Source: Eremomyces bilateralis CBS 781.70
Taxonomy: Eukaryota
Strand: one strand, 5' to 3'
NCBI GenBank assembly: GCA_010015585.1
Contig: ML975178.1
Length of the DNA: 40,130 nt
The notes beneath the pieces are model-generated. The model did no database searches. It saw nothing but the letters and a program-made list of their open reading frames with translations, and had not been told where the DNA came from. Below are positions 35,756 through 40,130 of this stretch, one piece after another; position 1 is the stretch's first letter, and each line of letters opens with the position of its first letter. Position numbers and translations under genes: made by a program.

Positions 35756-38700
35756 TTAACGGACCTCCGTTTCATAACGCCGTACAAGTCCGAAGCTCTG
35801 CATCAGTTTAGATTCCCGCGCCTTTTCAAAATTCCGAACAGCATCGGGGACCGGCGGTGGCCGTAAAATGCGCTCTGTCCATTGCTGCGTCTCTTGCCTT
35901 GTCTCTTGCTGGAGCTGAGTGGGTAGTGGTTCCTCATCAAACTCCAAGAGGTCGACTCGACCGAATTTGTCGACAAAGACAGACGGAACGTGATCATCGA
36001 GCAGGATCTTCGCGACTTCCGCTGCTGTCCTCGCCTGTTCATTCATCCGCCCTATGATCTTCCCAATCCAGCCATCTAGGACCCGTCCTTTGCTCCGCAG
36101 GGATGATTCGCTGGCCTCCGAGTTAAATTTCCGATGGGCTGCAATAGACTCGGGTCTCGACGCGAGCCTTGCCTGCTCAAAGACGAACAAAAATTCGTTG
36201 TCGACTGGGACGCGCTTGTCGAGGACGGTGTTGACGACCCACTGGAGGCCTTTCATACTGCCGATCCTAGAGAATGCAATGGCATACAGCGTCATCATCA
36301 CGAGGGCAGGCCGCGACGAGGGGTAATTGTGGTACACCGTATCTAACATGGCAATTGCTTCTTTGATCATACCGTTGCTGATGAGATTTGAAGCACCGGT
36401 GGCCACGATACCTTTGTCGTAGGTCTTGCGGATTCTCCAGGACTCGGCAACGTACTTGAGCACCATATCCGGGGTTTCTTCAAGGTTATAGTGTCCCGAG
36501 TGGATAGGCAACGTCAATCGATTCGCGTCGACACTCTGACCAAGCGCTTCGACTTCGTTCAGGAGTAAATAGGCCTTTGCTTCACCGTAGCTGCCCAAGG
36601 TGAGCAGGTCAGATATAGCAATCTTCAAAGCGGTTCGGGACACGACGATCCCTTGGTCCATGAACTTTTGGAACAGTCGAGCTGCATCCCCCCGTTCGCC
36701 ATAGTGCTGTGCGTCATATATCAATCGATCCATGCGTCGTCGATCACGAATACTAACGGCAGGCGAATCTTTGATCAAAGCTGCTCTCCGCCGCCGTTCA
36801 TCGGCCGTAGGAAAATACGTCTTCATCTGTTCGACGTTCCTCATGCTACGTTGAGCTGCCTCGACGGTATCCTTTGCCATCAGCTCTAATTTCTCCAGCA
36901 ACGGACTGGAGCTGCCTTCAACTTGTATCATATGGAGCAGACGGGAAGCGCTTCTGGCTTCTCTTCTCAGCACATTGATAGCAACTCGTGCGAAGTTCTT
37001 GGAAACCGACTTTGGATGGTCTTCGTGAAGAATAGCCACGAATTCTTGCACAAGAGCCACATTAGGCATGTAATAATGAGCCCATTTGATGAAGGGTTGG
37101 ATGATATTGCCCTTCACAGCGTCATCGATGGGCTCCCGGTGTCTCTTGAACTCTTTGAGCATGTCTTTGATCAAGCCAGGCTTGTCGTCTGACAAAGCCT
37201 TTTCCATAAGATTTGCAAGTGCTTCCGGGGAAGGGGGAAGATGCATACTCTCGATTAAGCTTTGGCAAACGCTGAAGGCGCAATCCACATCGAATTGTTT
37301 GCAAAGTTGCCGGGAGAGGTCTCGTAACAACTGGGATGCGGTCTCCCGGTCGAGATCTGAGACCTGGGGCATTTCAGTCAATCGCGCCACGCTTTCCCAG
37401 TCCCCTTTCTTCGCCAACGCGACAATTTGGAGAGGTCTTGTGGAGGGATATATCTGAATATTAGGGAGCTGGAGGTATCGCGCCATCTCTCCGCAGTCTT
37501 GCGCACGACCGATTATCCACACGAACCGGTCGGATAGGACGGGGCCGATCGATTTGTCCGAGTATTTTGTCATGTGCTCAAATGTGGCGCATACCGAGCG
37601 AACGTCGCCCTTGGTCTCCCACGACAGTTGGAGGAAATGCGCTTGGAGTCTCTGGCAGCTTCGCGCTTCGGTCTCAGTGAGGGGGACAGGAATTTGAATG
37701 AGTTGGTCGAACAACGCGAAAATAGAAGGCGACGCCGCGCTCATACAGAGAGCTTTATGCCATGCCACGGCCCAACCACCGGTCGATGAGAACTTTGGTC
37801 TTAGGCTGCGGATATAATCCAAGATTGTTTCCACGGGCGACTGGCTGATGAAAGCGTTCCTCATATACGAAAACAGTTGCTTGTGGGTCATTGGTCCAGC
37901 AGGTAGATGCAGAGCCGCATGGTCAATCCTCCGAGCAAGCGCTTGCATCTGCAAAGAAGGCTCGACCTGGTCGGGCAAATATTGCAGATACGTGAGCAGA
38001 GCCTTTCTAGCCACGGTAGGCCTTAACAAGGATTCCAGCTGGTCCCAATCAGGATCGATGGCGCCTGTCCGACAAAGCATAGAAGCAATGACAAGAGACA
38101 GCTCAACGCTCTCCTGCTCCCTCGAAACTTTTGCCCGTCCGATCGCAGAGTCGAGGAGAAGCGAAATCGTGTCAATCCATGCTCCCGGAGACCCTGCTGC
38201 GATAGTCTGGAGTAGTTCGCGGTGAAGTTGATTTGCCCCTGAAGCGAAGGCGTCTAGTGCCTGCTTGACGTTGCCTTCGTCCAGTAATGACCTGGTATGT
38301 GACGTGATGGCTGTCATCCAAGTCCAAGTGAGTGTGGCCGGATCGAACATCTTTTCGAGCCAGGAGAAGCTCTCCGCTAGCGGCTCGGAACGAATCATGC
38401 GTTCCAGAACGGCCATAAGATAATCCGTTGCTTTATGATTAGGGTCTATTCGCATTGCCCATCCTGAAAATAGCTCGTATCGCTCTCGGACAGTGTGATC
38501 CGACAGAGATTCATTCTTGACCCATCTTAGGAAGAACTCCGTCTTTAATCGCGAATCGAGCATGCCCTTCTGATGTAGCCAAGAAAGGATAGGAGACACG
38601 TTGCGCCAAGCAGCAAATCTGTCAGGGCCATGTATGGGGCCACCTAGTCTGCTTAACAGTTCGGAGATGAACAATCGCGGAAGAACTATATCAAATTCCT

Positions 38701-39667
38701 CGTGAACGAATAACGTTGTGAAATTCTTTGCAAGCTCGTCCGATGCCTCCGCATATTGGAAAAGCGATGTTGCGCTTGGTTCGGGGTCGTCCGGAGCATC
38801 CTTGGCTTGATGTTGTGCAAGATATGACCAAATCCTCGGTTGCAACCATACTGACTTGCATCTCGCCTCCGGAGGGAGGTTGTGTAAGATTGCACCAATG
38901 GTCGCCCAAGGTCTTACGGTTTTTAGTGCAGTTTGGATGCCGTGCAAAGCAACAGAGACCTCATCAGATTCGGATTGATCTCCGTGTAGAACCTCTTCTT
39001 GAATAGATGTCGAGAGCTCAGCGTTGGCTTTAGAGGTGCCCGTTGGGTGGTTCACTGTGTTGGCAGGACTAGCCCAAGTGAAGGCTGCCTCGAAATCTTC
39101 CATAGGCGTTGGTAAACTGTCGTGAAACTGGAGTATGCTCAGATCTGTCTTCTCCATCGCTACAGCCTGCCCCCCGGAAGTGAACATATGTCGACATTGT
39201 GCGTTCTTGAACAGTCCTCTTGGGATGGGGTCGAAATGAGATGGGGTATGGTGTCCGAGCCACCTTGCAAGTAGTGGGCGAGGTCTCCCTCTCTGGGCCG
39301 TACTCGTGTCTTGTCCCTTCTTTTCCGAAGATCTCGTTGGGCTCTCCTCCTTCACCCCCTTTCGATCTTTGTCCTTCCTCTTCCTCTTCTTCTTCGGCCC
39401 AATCGGTCCATGCTGTTCCTCCCAATCGAGAATAAATTTGTCCTTCGGGATGTAGACATCGTTGGCGGCCGCGGAGAAATGCCTGAGCAACGAATTGACC
39501 TGATGCGTTCGCTCGATCCGGTGACGGAGTTCTTTGATCTGACGAAAGTCATTGTAGACATGAACCGCCGCGCCGCCGGCAACGGTGGCAGCCGAGCTAA
39601 AGAGGACGATGTTTCGGAGATAGATCAAGGCATCTTTCGACGGAGCCTTGAAGACCCGGGCCGGCAT
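35756..39667 (-). CDS. Large alpha-helical protein, probably mitochondrial and pentatricopeptide-repeat-like, 1303 aa
   Basis: Uninterrupted 3.9-kb ORF. The N-terminal PSKDALIYLR plus hydrophobic segment resembles fungal PPR-annotated proteins. Degenerate helical repeats such as GNVKQALDAF, GDAARLFQKFMDQGI and GMIKEAIAMLDTVY. The CDS is secure; the family call is tentative. Confidence 0.7.
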   Translation of the reverse strand: MPARVFKAPSKDALIYLRNIVLFSSAATVAGGAAVHVYNDFRQIKELRHRIERTHQVNSLLRHFSAAANDVYIPKDKFILDWEEQHGPIGPKKKRKRKDKDRKGVKEESPTRSSEKKGQDTSTAQRGRPRPLLARWLGHHTPSHFDPIPRGLFKNAQCRHMFTSGGQAVAMEKTDLSILQFHDSLPTPMEDFEAAFTWASPANTVNHPTGTSKANAELSTSIQEEVLHGDQSESDEVSVALHGIQTALKTVRPWATIGAILHNLPPEARCKSVWLQPRIWSYLAQHQAKDAPDDPEPSATSLFQYAEASDELAKNFTTLFVHEEFDIVLPRLFISELLSRLGGPIHGPDRFAAWRNVSPILSWLHQKGMLDSRLKTEFFLRWVKNESLSDHTVRERYELFSGWAMRIDPNHKATDYLMAVLERMIRSEPLAESFSWLEKMFDPATLTWTWMTAITSHTRSLLDEGNVKQALDAFASGANQLHRELLQTIAAGSPGAWIDTISLLLDSAIGRAKVSREQESVELSLVIASMLCRTGAIDPDWDQLESLLRPTVARKALLTYLQYLPDQVEPSLQMQALARRIDHAALHLPAGPMTHKQLFSYMRNAFISQSPVETILDYIRSLRPKFSSTGGWAVAWHKALCMSAASPSIFALFDQLIQIPVPLTETEARSCQRLQAHFLQLSWETKGDVRSVCATFEHMTKYSDKSIGPVLSDRFVWIIGRAQDCGEMARYLQLPNIQIYPSTRPLQIVALAKKGDWESVARLTEMPQVSDLDRETASQLLRDLSRQLCKQFDVDCAFSVCQSLIESMHLPPSPEALANLMEKALSDDKPGLIKDMLKEFKRHREPIDDAVKGNIIQPFIKWAHYYMPNVALVQEFVAILHEDHPKSVSKNFARVAINVLRREARSASRLLHMIQVEGSSSPLLEKLELMAKDTVEAAQRSMRNVEQMKTYFPTADERRRRAALIKDSPAVSIRDRRRMDRLIYDAQHYGERGDAARLFQKFMDQGIVVSRTALKIAISDLLTLGSYGEAKAYLLLNEVEALGQSVDANRLTLPIHSGHYNLEETPDMVLKYVAESWRIRKTYDKGIVATGASNLISNGMIKEAIAMLDTVYHNYPSSRPALVMMTLYAIAFSRIGSMKGLQWVVNTVLDKRVPVDNEFLFVFEQARLASRPESIAAHRKFNSEASESSLRSKGRVLDGWIGKIIGRMNEQARTAAEVAKILLDDHVPSVFVDKFGRVDLLEFDEEPLPTQLQQETRQETQQWTERILRPPPVPDAVRNFEKARESKLMQSFGLVRRYETEVR

Positions 39668-40130
39668 ACCGTGGAATTGAGCTCGATCGCATCGAGTTCG
39701 ACGTGATCAGCAGCTCATGAGTTGAGCCTCGCAAGGTTCAAACCAACAAATTAATAGACGGTAAACGCCGCAAAGAAATCCAATGCTGCTGGCTATGGCC
39801 TGAGCAGAAAAAGACAACTGAGGTCTGAAGATGTGCAGGTGGTACTATCGCGGCACAATCTCGGCAGAACCTGTGACTTCAAGAAGCTCAGAATAGCTGC
39901 CTTGACGCCTTACTACCTTTTCAGCAGGGCGCAGGGGGCTACTAAAATATCTGGTAATCAACCGATGATCACGCTAATCCGGTTTTGGACGGTTAATTCA
40001 CACATAACAGGCGGAATTCCAGACGTTTTGCCTTGTAACTGATGAATCTAATCTACAGTCTCTATGCGGTTTCTCTATTAAACGTTACTAAATTTCCCAA
40101 CGTCTATTCTAATCTACCGGTCTATCTACG

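Noticed and set aside
1..40130. CRISPR arrays, rRNA, prokaryotic operons or autonomous transposons
   Set aside because: Eukaryotic intron-containing genes throughout; no regularly spaced repeats, rRNA-like sequence, or transposase/reverse-transcriptase motifs were seen.

Overview
This is eukaryotic DNA from a filamentous ascomycete (Pezizomycotina-type short GT-AG introns with CTRAC/CTAAT branch sites), so the six-frame ORF track fragments most genes; I rebuilt the exon structures by hand. Intact genes, left to right: an intron-containing tRNA-Asn(GUU); a secreted, probably GPI-anchored PEBP-like protein; CDC20/Slp1; a Ral2-like Kelch-BTB protein; an NmrA-like reductase followed by a 173-bp TA-flanked MITE; an AGP2-like amino acid permease; an SDR; 2-methylcitrate dehydratase; a DUF3669 protein; dihydroxy-acid dehydratase (ILV3); a 121-aa two-exon protein not recovered by the ORF track; a small Cys/His-rich protein broken by an assembly gap; and a 1303-aa PPR-like protein. 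The most unusual part is a ~7-kb accessory region between the divergent prpD and ILV3 genes. It holds the DUF3669 ORF, a decayed BTB/POZ gene, and a decayed secreted HExxH metallopeptidase whose motifs resemble bacterial mycolysin (MEROPS M5) but which carries a fungal spliceosomal intron. All family calls are from motif recognition by eye; no database searches were run.
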